Below, one piece after another: positions 1-9,167 of a stretch of DNA of 64,000 nucleotides. The notes beneath the pieces are model-generated. The model saw only the letters and a list, made by a program, of their open reading frames with translations, ran no database searches and was not told the origin of the DNA. The DNA is taken from the sequence record KU935715.1, one strand, 5' to 3'. The DNA comes from Acinetobacter phage vB_AbaM_ME3. The number at the start of each line of letters is the position of its first letter. Position 1 is the first letter of the stretch. Position numbers and translations under genes: made by a program.

Positions 1-534
1 TTCATCTTCAATAAAGGTAGGACAATCAGACCACTGAGCATCGAAAAACCAAACCTTTTCTACAGATTCTTGTTCAGTAACATTACAGCTACTACCAGTT
101 GTAGAAGTGGAGTCATTAAGGCATTTATAGAATGTATCCTTCCCTTCTTCAATTGTTGTATATTTATCTTCAATTGGAGGAGCATCTCGAAGCTCTTCTA
201 ATAAGTGAATATTATCTTTCCAAGATTTAATGTTTTCAATTTCATCTGAAGTAATAAGAATACAATCTATTAAATATTGAACTGCTTCTTTAAATCCTTT
301 ATTAACACATCCTGCTAGTGTCATATGAGCATTAATATGATTAACAGGATAAATCCAAACTAAAGGTTCTACATTTTCAGGTATAATAAATTCAGCATCT
401 TTATACCCTTCGATATAACCTTTAAGATTTAAATGAATGCCATTACCTAGAGTACAAAATAAATAACTAAGAAAAGCTTTCTTTGTTTTAAAAGAAGAAC
501 TAAACATCAGTTTATAATCTAAATAGTCCATCAT
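1..534 (-). CDS. hypothetical protein, partial (N-terminus at 534; ORF runs out of the window at position 1)
   Basis: Minus-strand ATG-ATG at 534-529 (MMDYLDYKLMFSS...). Reading frame stays open to position 1. Missing from the ORF track only because it is truncated. Confidence 0.45.
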   Translation of the reverse strand, partial: MMDYLDYKLMFSSSFKTKKAFLSYLFCTLGNGIHLNLKGYIEGYKDAEFIIPENVEPLVWIYPVNHINAHMTLAGCVNKGFKEAVQYLIDCILITSDEIENIKSWKDNIHLLEELRDAPPIEDKYTTIEEGKDTFYKCLNDSTSTTGSSCNVTEQESVEKVWFFDAQWSDCPTFIEDE

Positions 535-541
535 GAATACC

Positions 542-808
542 TTAAGGGTTATAGTAAGGACTCGTAATAATATGTGCTAAGACTCTATTATGTTGGTCTA
601 CATCTAAGAAAGTATTAAATTTTTGATAATCACTATTACAACGAATTTTAAAATGTTCAAATAATTTTGAACCAAATTCAGTTCCAAAGATTTCATCAAA
701 AATCATAGGAGTTGCTTTATTTTGAAATTGAATAACACGTTTTTGAACTCTTGACCATATTTGAAGATCAAGCACTTCACTGTTTGTTAAACCATAATTA
801 TTTGACAT
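542..808 (-). CDS. hypothetical protein (88 aa)
   Basis: ORF-track ORF in the same orientation as the dense minus-strand gene array. Confidence 0.5.
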   Translation of the reverse strand: MSNNYGLTNSEVLDLQIWSRVQKRVIQFQNKATPMIFDEIFGTEFGSKLFEHFKIRCNSDYQKFNTFLDVDQHNRVLAHIITSPYYNP

Positions 809-918
809 CTGGAATTTCCTTTATATTCAATTTCAAAATAAAACTGAATAACTAACTAAGAGCCACGCTTAAATACAGAGTTAAAGATAACTCAAAAACG
901 GACTACGTGGATTTTATA

Positions 919-990
919 AACTATAAACTATCAACTGTAAACTATATTTAAACTGTGAACTTTGAACTGTAATCTATAAACTGTAAATGC
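919..990. repeat. degenerate tandem heptamer repeat (~10 units, plus-strand consensus NTNAACT)
   Basis: ATAAACT ATAAACT ATCAACT GTAAACT ... GTGAACT TTGAACT GTAATCT ATAAACT read directly. Lies just 3' of the tRNA-like element on the minus strand. Confidence 0.5.
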
Positions 991-994
991 AAGA

Positions 995-1067
995 TTGAGA
1001 AAATCAGATTCGAACTGATCACGGCCAGAAATTATTCTAGTGCTCTACCAACTGAGCTATTTCACAT
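995..1067 (-). ncRNA. tRNA-like element / possible tRNA pseudogene
   Basis: Reverse complement folds with a 7-bp acceptor stem (one mismatch), canonical D arm (TAGCTCAGTTGGTAGAGC) and T arm (ATCAG-TTCGAAT-CTGAT). The anticodon-arm position is a 6-bp stem with a 4-nt loop (CTAGAA-TAAT-TTCTGG) and no 7-nt anticodon loop. Confidence 0.4.
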
Positions 1068-1191
1068 GTGCAATGTTTTATCTATTTAGATACCAATATT
1101 CATTCATCATTTTTAAATACGTTGATGGTCGTATATCTTTATTAAGTATTTGCCTTAGTTAATTATTCAATCATAATGACTACCTAAGTAA

Positions 1192-1797
1192 TCAGTATTC
1201 GATCATTGTACTTAAATTGATTTCACTTAATGTAATATCAATTTCATTTTCTAAAAAGTCGATACGCTCTTGTAAGTTTTTAACAGTTTCTGTGATAGTC
1301 TTGGAGCTACCTGTTACAATACTTACGCCTAAAGTGTCTTGAAGTTGCTTATATACTTCTTCTTTTTGAGTAGCTTCAACATTAGATAGCTGACCTACAA
1401 TTGCTTGTTCTTGACGTTCTACTTCATTTTGAGCAGTAGATTGTTGACTTTTTAGAACACGCACATATTTCTTTTGAAGACTTAATGTTGATTTAATAGC
1501 TAGTAATTCAGTAATACTTACTTTACTTCCATTGAAATCAACTAAAGTTTCTAAATTCTTTTGAGCAATCTTAGTTTTAAGAGTACTAATTAATTTTAAG
1601 TTGCTTTCAACTGTATCAGTATCTGACTGGATATTAGTTAAAAGTTCTTGTTCGGTTTTGAAAGAACGATCTAAAGGACGTTTAGTTAAACCTTGAATAG
1701 TACTAACAAATTTACCATTAGAAAGTTTTTCATTAATAACGTTCTCAGCTTTTTTAATTAAAGTAAGAGCACGATGAATTGAAATTGTTTGAGTCAT
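1192..1797 (-). CDS. hypothetical coiled-coil protein (201 aa)
   Basis: Long ORF. Gln/Leu/Lys-rich heptad-like sequence. Confidence 0.55.
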   Translation of the reverse strand: MTQTISIHRALTLIKKAENVINEKLSNGKFVSTIQGLTKRPLDRSFKTEQELLTNIQSDTDTVESNLKLISTLKTKIAQKNLETLVDFNGSKVSITELLAIKSTLSLQKKYVRVLKSQQSTAQNEVERQEQAIVGQLSNVEATQKEEVYKQLQDTLGVSIVTGSSKTITETVKNLQERIDFLENEIDITLSEINLSTMIEY

Positions 1798-2326
1798 TTT
1801 AATATCTCATTAAAGTGTAATAATTAAAAATAAATCACATAAGGATGCTAATAGAAATCAGGAACGGTACAATCTAAGAACAACATTACATATAAGGACA
1901 AAATAATGAATTTTTTTTTGAAATTCTATTAGCATCCTTATGTGATTTAAAAAGGTTAAAAATATATGGAAGACAGATAGTGTGTTGTTACACCAAATGC
2001 TCTAAGGGTCTGTATATGCGTCTCTAGATACTTTATTTCCACGTTGTTTCTCTAGATTAAGTGTAAGGCTTCGCCCATCATACACGTTGCTCCAGCATAA
2101 CTTCTAGAGGTGTCGGGAGCGCAATCTAACATTCATGCCTTTACCTAACCGCCCATATTACTTTCTGCATTACATATACAACTGTACTGGTCCTTCCCCT
2201 GAGTTTCTACGTTTAGACATCTTTTGGAATTAGATACTTATTACGGATCACTCTTGCAACTCTTTAAAAGATGGCTACCTTCAGGCCAACTTCCTAACTG
2301 CCTTTCATATATTTTCAATCACACTG

Positions 2327-2554
2327 TTATTGAGTTTGTTGCCAAGAAACTACTTTAGGGTAAGTTTTTAAATCATCAAGAGCTTCATCGATAGTATTAA
2401 ATCTACATGGACATATATGACCTTTAGTAAGATTTATATACGAGTAAGTATTATCATTTTTATTTCGTAATATCATTACTTCAACAATACCATCTGTTCG
2501 TGTAATTTCTAATTTCAAAAGAATCCACCTTGATGTAATGTAACTAAGAAACAA
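2327..2554 (-). CDS. hypothetical protein (75 aa)
   Basis: ORF-track ORF, minus strand. Confidence 0.4.
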   Translation of the reverse strand: MFLSYITSRWILLKLEITRTDGIVEVMILRNKNDNTYSYINLTKGHICPCRFNTIDEALDDLKTYPKVVSWQQTQ

Positions 2555-2620
2555 ACTATTGCAACAACAATAAGTATTATGAAGATAACTCCTAATACCA
2601 TTAAAATAGTTGAAATCATA

Positions 2621-2956
2621 TTAAACTATTTCCTTAAAACGGATCCCAATTTCATTGTAGGCTTCTATATACGTTACAGCACCATCAATTTCAAAACCAA
2701 CTGGTTTTTCTACAATTTCAGTAATGAATCGAAGAAGCGTTCTAACATCAGTAATAGTAGTTAAATAAAAACCTTTTAATGGTAAACGAACTATCCATGT
2801 ATCAATAGAAGGGCATTTTTTGATACCTTGAATTAAGGTAACATTAATATCTTCTTCAATCATATTTTTTAAATTTACTAAACTAGCATTCATAGTAAAA
2901 GGTCTAGAAACTAATTGTTCTCTACATTCTTTTAAAACTTCTAAAGCTGTTTTCAT
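2621..2956 (-). CDS. hypothetical protein (111 aa)
   Basis: ORF-track ORF. Tightly followed by the next ORF. Confidence 0.5.
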   Translation of the reverse strand: MKTALEVLKECREQLVSRPFTMNASLVNLKNMIEEDINVTLIQGIKKCPSIDTWIVRLPLKGFYLTTITDVRTLLRFITEIVEKPVGFEIDGAVTYIEAYNEIGIRFKEIV

Positions 2957-2958
2957 AG

Positions 2959-3201
2959 TTACTCTTCAATATCTTGATATGGATGTAATACGTAATCTTC
3001 TAAAAAAGAATCTATTGAGTCCCATTCAAAGAAACAACATTGGTCACCTTCAGGACAAGTTGCAAAGATTTGATTTTTATACATACGAGCAATTAAAGAT
3101 GCATTAGCTACATCAAAATCCTCATCAGGGTATTTTAAAATAATCTCTTTACATTTAGATTTAATTATTTCTTTAGAATCAGATTCTTCATATATTTTCA
3201 T
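2959..3201 (-). CDS. hypothetical protein (80 aa, acidic, Cys-containing)
   Basis: ORF-track ORF separated by 2 nt from the downstream ORF. Confidence 0.5.
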   Translation of the reverse strand: MKIYEESDSKEIIKSKCKEIILKYPDEDFDVANASLIARMYKNQIFATCPEGDQCCFFEWDSIDSFLEDYVLHPYQDIEE

Positions 3202-3455
3202 AATTAAATCTCAATTAATTTATAAAATTACATTTACTGTTGGTTCTTTCGACAACACTTTTCGGATTTTATATGAAGATCGTATCAAAGGTTCTAGCTT
3301 CGATCCTCTGTTGTCATGCACCTCTAAACATTTGTGTGGTAACCCACTCACTGAACCTTATCAGCTTGAACTCAATGTGCCACCCAGAGATTACTCTGAC
3401 CTCATTTATGTTGTAAATGTAATTTTATATTTAAATAATAAGAGCCAAGTCTTCA

Positions 3456-3534
3456 CAAGAGGATGGATTCGAACCACCGACAACAGTAGGGATTTTACTG
3501 CCTACAATACTCTACCGACTGAGCTACTCTGCAA
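3456..3534 (-). ncRNA. tRNA-like element (aberrant cloverleaf)
   Basis: Reverse complement contains a canonical D arm (TAGCTCAGTCGGTAGAGT) and T arm (GGTGG-TTCGAAT-CCATC). Spacing between the D arm and the anticodon region is ~8 nt too long and the acceptor stem is imperfect. A 7-nt loop AAATCCC flanked by CAGTA/TACTG is possible. Confidence 0.4.
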
Positions 3535-4905
3535 TTTCCACTCTCTTATTATTTAGATGGTAAGAATATAAGTTAGTGTTAAGACGTTGATACATTAGGT
3601 ATTACCCTAACGCCAAGAGTTGAACTTGTTAAAAACCTTCTGTAACCCAACAACTATCTTTATTACTGGACAGTAATCATCTGAGATTATTAACCTATAC
3701 CGTATTCTTACCTCTAAATAATAATTAAAAGACATCTAATAACCTAACTTCAGATAAGGGTACTTACTCGATTATCATGAGACTCTACTAAATGTCTTTT
3801 AATTATTATTTAAAAGGTGTGAGGTACAACTCTCACAATGAACCATGTAGCCATTTTGGTTAGCGTCAAGCTGTATACAGCTTAGTTTCTCTAGTCAGCC
3901 CGCTTTAGGTTGTCCCTAATTGTGTGATATCAACACTACCATTTTTCTATCTTACGATAACACCAATGATCAAGTGCTTGTGGTACTAGAAGTCATTAAG
4001 GTGAATATGCCTTTATAGATCATACCAAATCTACAGGCCCATCACTCCCTTCAAATTTTATTACGCCACATCCTGTTTGGACTTACACCGTGTTGGATGT
4101 TATTTATCGGTAGAATTTGAGCCATTAACCAGAGCGCATTTATTAACTTATACTTTCATATAAGATTAGACCTTTTAGAGTGTCCTGATTTCTCAAGCTG
4201 AACTCTATTACCATCTCATATAAGTTGTCAGACTTATACTAACTACTTTTAGAATTACTCCTAATTTCGAGTGTCTCTACTATACAAAGGATAAATCCTT
4301 CTTAGCTATTATAACCATATGAAATAGAACCTCACTTAGAATTATAATATTTAGGTAATTGAGGAAAAACATGAGAATATAAAAGCATACTGCCATAATA
4401 TACGAGCCGTTAAGCCATCAGAATCGAACTGAGTCCTCTTTTATACCTCGATGCCCTTCATTATCGAAAAAGGGCTTTGGCACAATTGTGTTGTGCATCT
4501 CGTATCACTTGAGGTAATAACTCTTGGAATCTAGCAGAGGAGCGACCTCTCTTATTTTATATACCGATTGGATTCTTGTCTCGGTTTGTGGGTCTATTAC
4601 ATGTCATCGTTTCTCAGTTGACAGTGAGGGATCTACAAAAATTGGAATAGACTGACAATGGAGGTAATCATTAATCCCCTATTACAGAGATTAATCCTAT
4701 AGAATGCCTAAGAATTTCAGTTGCAATCTTACATTCAAAAGGACTTATATCAATTAGTATATTGGACAATATGTTCTGGAGACGGATTAGGCGTCTCACT
4801 CTTTTACTAAAAATTAGTAAACGCTTTTAGCCTCGGATTAAGAGACATTCCACTACATTTTAAGCTACAGACCTCAATACTTCCAATCATACTAAATTCT
4901 ATACA

Positions 4906-5346
4906 TTATATAGAAACTGTTTTACAAACTTTTGATAAAATAACATCATCAAAAGAATTCTTTGTTATTTGTTGCCACTTAATAGAAGAGGAATTTGCAT
5001 CTCTTACATATTTAGCATCTTTTGTAAATTGTACATACCTGACTATAGCAGATTTTCTTAAAACACAACTATAAATATTATAGATCAGTAATACATCACC
5101 ATCACTAGCAAAGTCATTAGTTGATGATTGTATATGCACAATAGCAGGAACTGAGTAAACTAAAGGACGAATTTCAACAATAGCTTTAGGATTTACATAG
5201 TACTTATCTGTACTTGTTTCTCCAACTTTATACCATGACTTTTCAGCTGTCATTAATTCGATATCACTTTGTACTAATTCTGCATTAGCTTGGATTGTTG
5301 TAAATAAGGAACAAGCCATTAAAGCTAAAATATAAAAATATTTCAT
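4906..5346 (-). CDS. secreted/periplasmic protein with N-terminal signal peptide (146 aa)
   Basis: MKYFYILALMACSLFTTIQANA: n-region, hydrophobic core and an AXA-like cleavage site. Confidence 0.5.
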   Translation of the reverse strand: MKYFYILALMACSLFTTIQANAELVQSDIELMTAEKSWYKVGETSTDKYYVNPKAIVEIRPLVYSVPAIVHIQSSTNDFASDGDVLLIYNIYSCVLRKSAIVRYVQFTKDAKYVRDANSSSIKWQQITKNSFDDVILSKVCKTVSI

Positions 5347-5882
5347 TATTTTAAATCCTTCTCTTCTATTAAGGTTATTCGTCTACATAATCCTTGAGAT
5401 TTATCTTTAGCATAAGTTTTAACTAATTTAAAATAAGATTTATTAGGAATCTTTGTAACTATAAATTCAAAGATTTTATTAAACCATATAGCTAAATATG
5501 CACATAAGATAAATATAAATATAATAGCTGAAAGAGTACCTACTACAAATTTAAATAAAAAACCCATTAATAAAAATGGATTAAAACTAGTTAATTCTCT
5601 TGTATCAAAGATTGTTATTGTTTTAACAGCATAAACTAAGATTACACTACATAAGAATAAATAAAGAATAGCTTTCAGTAGTGTAGAAAATAATGTACAA
5701 ACTGATCTTAAGCAACAAAGAGGAGACTTTGGGTTTTCTGGATCAAAACGAGTAACAATCCAACTTGTTAAGAAAAAGTTAGAACAAAAACAAAGAAATT
5801 TGTATGTCTTGCTATTAGCACTTAATTCAAAATTATCATTCATTATGGATGACCTCTTCCTACGATAGTTAAGAGAATCCAT
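5346..5882 (-). CDS. integral membrane protein (178 aa)
   Basis: Multiple long hydrophobic segments. ATGA start/stop overlap with the downstream ORF. Confidence 0.5.
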   Translation of the reverse strand: MDSLNYRRKRSSIMNDNFELSANSKTYKFLCFCSNFFLTSWIVTRFDPENPKSPLCCLRSVCTLFSTLLKAILYLFLCSVILVYAVKTITIFDTRELTSFNPFLLMGFLFKFVVGTLSAIIFIFILCAYLAIWFNKIFEFIVTKIPNKSYFKLVKTYAKDKSQGLCRRITLIEEKDLK

Positions 5883-5992
5883 GCAAAGAAGCCTAAAGCA
5901 CCACTTAGTACAAAACTTGCTATAATGATAAATTTGATAACACCTAACACATCTGATTTTGTCATGGAGTTTATCCTTAAAGGGAATATATG

Positions 5993-6042
5993 TTTAAAGG
6001 ATAGAAAGGAAACTGGAGCGAGAATCCTTTCTATCCTTTAAA
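5993..6042. repeat. 18-bp perfect inverted repeat (hairpin with 14-nt loop)
   Basis: tttaaaggatagaaagga ... tcctttctatcctttaaa read directly. Intergenic, downstream of the HD-domain gene on the minus strand. Confidence 0.6.
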
Positions 6043-6049
6043 CATACAC

Positions 6050-6613
6050 TTAAAAATATTTAATAAATTTACTTAAGTGTTTCTTTTTTATTTTAAAAGA
6101 AGTACTTTCAATTCCACCAAACATTTGACAATTAGCTAGTATCTCTGCCCAAGCAGTTAAATACAAACTAAATCCTATCTCTGATTGAATTAGTTCTTGT
6201 GCTTTTTCATCACTTGCTTTTAATATATGGAAATCCATATCATGTTTAACAAGATCATGACCTATTAAGAGATGAGGAAAGAGTTGTTTATATATCTCAT
6301 ATGACACTTGTGCATGATTGGGAAACTGTTGTTTACCTTCTTCATTTACAATTCTACAATAAGGCTTTCCTAAATCATGATAGATTTGATAATGCTTCAT
6401 TGTTTCATAATCTAAGAGAGTAATCCAATTCTTTTTATATACTTCTATAAGGGATTCAGGAACACCTTCAGGTACTACTCCTTTTTCTAAAGAAAGTAAT
6501 AGCTTTAAATATTCATTATTAACCATTAAACCATGTTGATACATATTGACATTTTCAAACTGATAACAGTTCTTCATATCTTTAAGTACCTTATCAAAAG
6601 TTAAGATCTCCAT
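6050..6613 (-). CDS. HD-domain phosphohydrolase
   Basis: Contains the H...HD-type motif (YQIYHDLGKP) and later His/Asp residues typical of the HD superfamily. Confidence 0.5.
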   Translation of the reverse strand: MEILTFDKVLKDMKNCYQFENVNMYQHGLMVNNEYLKLLLSLEKGVVPEGVPESLIEVYKKNWITLLDYETMKHYQIYHDLGKPYCRIVNEEGKQQFPNHAQVSYEIYKQLFPHLLIGHDLVKHDMDFHILKASDEKAQELIQSEIGFSLYLTAWAEILANCQMFGGIESTSFKIKKKHLSKFIKYF

Positions 6614-6900
6614 AACTGATATCTCCTCAATAATATTCTTTGGTCTTGAGTAAGAGGTTCAGTTCCGAACGCTGTGAGACCATAGTCCCAAGAAGGTTCG
6701 AAGAAAGATATAGTTTTGATACCTTTAGTTTCTAAATCTTTTATAGCTTTCTCTAATTGATATTGATTTTTAACACCAATCACTACTAAAGAACTAGGTT
6801 CAGATTGATCTCTGTCACCTAAATATATTCCTGCTTCTAAAGCAGCATGGCCAGCTTGAACTATTTGTTGTTCAACTGGAATATCTCTTCTAACAAACAC
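6601..6900 (-). CDS. peptidyl-tRNA hydrolase, PTH2 family
   Basis: QAGHAAL...VVIGVKNQYQLEKAIKDLETKGIKT...GLTAFGTEP matches the PTH2 pattern (QCSHAAL ... VVLK..SEEEL...LAIGPGP). Confidence 0.55.
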   Translation of the reverse strand: MFVRRDIPVEQQIVQAGHAALEAGIYLGDRDQSEPSSLVVIGVKNQYQLEKAIKDLETKGIKTISFFEPSWDYGLTAFGTEPLTQDQRILLRRYQLWRS

Positions 6901-6978
6901 ATAAGTATGTTTTTTATTTTCATGAATCTAAGTCATTAATTTTTCTCTATAAGTTAATATAAATTTTTGTGAGTTTAA

Positions 6979-7197
6979 TTACTTATTCCAAGTCTTAAAC
7001 AGTTTCAACACTTGAGGTTTAACTGAGTAAACAAAAGTACCATTAACAAACTTAGCATTAGTTAATTCATTCCAAAGCATAGTACTACTAAGATTATTAT
7101 TAACCATAAAATTATATAATTTTAAAACTTCCATATGTTCAGGAAGTTCACCATCTTTTTTAATTTGAGCTTTAATTCTGTTTAATACTTTACTCAT
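6979..7197 (-). CDS. hypothetical protein (72 aa)
   Basis: ORF-track ORF. Confidence 0.4.
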   Translation of the reverse strand: MSKVLNRIKAQIKKDGELPEHMEVLKLYNFMVNNNLSSTMLWNELTNAKFVNGTFVYSVKPQVLKLFKTWNK

Positions 7198-7347
7198 GGT
7201 ACCTCCTGTTTAAGATACTGGCGTTGCCAACTGGGAGTCTAACCCTAATAGAACTTCAATATTATAACCATGTCTAGAATATTATAATATCGTCTACAGC
7301 CTTTCTCCTTCGAATGGAGCTGTGCTACGTACACTATGACAACATTG

Positions 7348-7421
7348 TGGTCCAAAATCTGAGATTCGAACTCAGACGCAGGGTTTTAGGGACCCCTGTG
7401 CTACCATTACACCAATTCTGG
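7348..7421 (-). tRNA. tRNA with encoded 3' CCA; predicted anticodon CUA (amber-reading), with an unusual C at position 33
   Basis: Reverse complement CCAGAAT-TG-GTGT-AATGGTA-GCAC-A-GGGGT-CCCTAAA-ACCCT-GCGT-CTGAG-TTCGAAT-CTCAG-ATTTTGG-ACCA forms a clean cloverleaf in every arm. Confidence 0.6.
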
Positions 7422-7426
7422 AAAGG

Positions 7427-7639
7427 TTACTTCTCAGATGCAGCTAATATACCACAACAAAGAATTAAAGCTACAAACAAACTACCACCAAATTGGTAGA
7501 ATGGTGTAGCATAAGAAGGAGTAAAATAGTTCGTAAAAGCAATAGCAACAATAGCACTAATAACTACTAGTAAAACCATAGCTATGATTATGCCTACACC
7601 TATTAACATACCTTTAAGAAATTTCAATATGATTTTCAT
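7427..7639 (-). CDS. small membrane protein (70 aa, two TM helices)
   Basis: Highly hydrophobic sequence. Confidence 0.5.
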   Translation of the reverse strand: MKIILKFLKGMLIGVGIIIAMVLLVVISAIVAIAFTNYFTPSYATPFYQFGGSLFVALILCCGILAASEK

Positions 7640-7782
7640 TTTGTTTTATCTGATCTAAAGTATCTTCTTCAGCTTGCATGTTTACAAATAATTTAATCTG
7701 TTTTTGAAATATATCTTTCATATCATTTGAAACATTTTTAAAGTTAGGAATTGCTACAGGTTCATCATTCCAAATAGAATTT

Positions 7783-8013
7783 TTATTTGACATAAGCTAA
7801 AGCCTTAGTGATTGTAGATAAATGCATCTCTTCTACTTTTAATTTTAATTGTTTAATATCTTTTATTTCGTTAAAGAATTTAGAACGAATACCAGTAAAA
7901 CTAAAAAGAGTTGTATCTTTAGTTGTTTTATCAATATGTACAAATCCAAAAGATGTTTGAGCTGTAAAACTTAAAGGAGATTCAATCCACTTTATTTTAA
8001 TAACTTGAGCCAT
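7783..8013 (-). CDS. hypothetical protein (76 aa)
   Basis: ORF-track ORF. Confidence 0.45.
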   Translation of the reverse strand: MAQVIKIKWIESPLSFTAQTSFGFVHIDKTTKDTTLFSFTGIRSKFFNEIKDIKQLKLKVEEMHLSTITKALAYVK

Positions 8014-8024
8014 ATAACACCTAA

Positions 8025-8462
8025 TTAACGATAGCTTATCATACCTAAAGATTTTAATTTTGAAATAATTGCACCTGAAGATCTTTTATGTAATCGAGCA
8101 ATTTCTTCGATACTAAGTTTTTTATTAACCCATTCATCTCTTAAGGCTTTAACTTCTATAGTAGTCCATTCTGAGTATCCTCTATAATCAAAGTAATGAT
8201 TATATTGAGTAACTTCTCTATCTCTTTTTCGAGTTTGCTCTGGACTAGAATACATAGTTGGATAGTAATGTATTTCAGTTTTAATTGGATCAGGTAATCT
8301 ATTTACTTTTCTATCTAATTCTTTTTTCAGCTCTTCTTTAAGTCTTTCTTCTGTTTCTAATAAGAGTTTTTTAAAGTTACATATAGTAATACTGAGGACT
8401 AGGAGGAAAATAGCTGTCATACCTACAACAGTAGCTATTAAATCATTCATACTTGATTCCAA
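8025..8462 (-). CDS. membrane-anchored protein with C-terminal helix-turn-helix-like segment
   Basis: N-terminal TM helix (LIATVVGMTAIFLLVLSITI). C-terminal LSIEEIARLHKRSSGAIISKL resembles an HTH. Confidence 0.4.
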   Translation of the reverse strand: MESSMNDLIATVVGMTAIFLLVLSITICNFKKLLLETEERLKEELKKELDRKVNRLPDPIKTEIHYYPTMYSSPEQTRKRDREVTQYNHYFDYRGYSEWTTIEVKALRDEWVNKKLSIEEIARLHKRSSGAIISKLKSLGMISYR

Positions 8463-8900
8463 AACAATAAGAAAGAAATATTAAAAAGACAAGGTAAAAA
8501 CCTATATTACATATAATTAATTGAATTATTAATGAGAAGTTAATCTTAGGAGCAGAATTAATCATACCTAGTGTACAAACACAACAACCTAGTAATGATA
8601 GATAATGAATTACTTCATACATATAAATTCTCTTTAAAGATGGATAGGACAGAAGGAAAGGTAAAACACGAAAAACAACAACACAGGAGATATGTAATCC
8701 TATCCATCTTTAAAGAGAACGTAAAGGAGTTTTAATGAGACTATTAATATTCTTCACCATCATCATTACTCTCCTTTAAATTTTCTTCTAATTCTTGAAT
8801 ACCTTCATTGATATGCTCTTCATCATCTAATTCATAATCTTTCTTAGAATTAGAATGAATCGAAGATTTATTAAAGGTATTCATATGCTTTGCTATAAAG

Positions 8901-9167
8901 TTATTTTTCATAAGGAATAAATTTCCAACGATCTAACTTTCCATAATATTGCAACTGATGATTCTCTAGAATATAGACAAAGCCAGAATCTTCTTTTTCA
9001 CATTTATTTAAAAAAGATTGAATAGTTTTTGAACTTATAACTTTAGAAGGAATCTTACAATAATGAGCATTGTCATAATAACGATAGAAATGTAATTGTG
9101 GTTTTGAATAAATAACTTCATCATAAACACAATCTAACATTTCACTAAATAAGACAAATTTAAACAT
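8901..9167 (-). CDS. hypothetical protein (88 aa)
   Basis: ORF-track ORF overlapping the upstream gene by 8 nt. Confidence 0.5.
   Translation of the reverse strand: MFKFVLFSEMLDCVYDEVIYSKPQLHFYRYYDNAHYCKIPSKVISSKTIQSFLNKCEKEDSGFVYILENHQLQYYGKLDRWKFIPYEK

Noticed and set aside
919-990. Possible CRISPR array
   Set aside because: Repeat units are only 7 bp, degenerate and contiguous, with no spacers. It is not a CRISPR. No CRISPR-like repeat-spacer architecture was seen anywhere in the window.
2579-2764. Plus-strand ORF (61 aa)
   Set aside because: Antisense to, and overlapping, the minus-strand ORF 2621-2956. Low-complexity AT-rich translation. The genome is otherwise entirely minus-strand coded.
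3311-3556. Plus-strand ORF (81 aa)
   Set aside because: Overlaps the tRNA-like element on the opposite strand and lies in the non-coding block. No RBS.
7314-7499. Plus-strand ORF (61 aa)
   Set aside because: Spans the tRNA gene at 7348-7421 and is antisense to the membrane-protein gene. Spurious.
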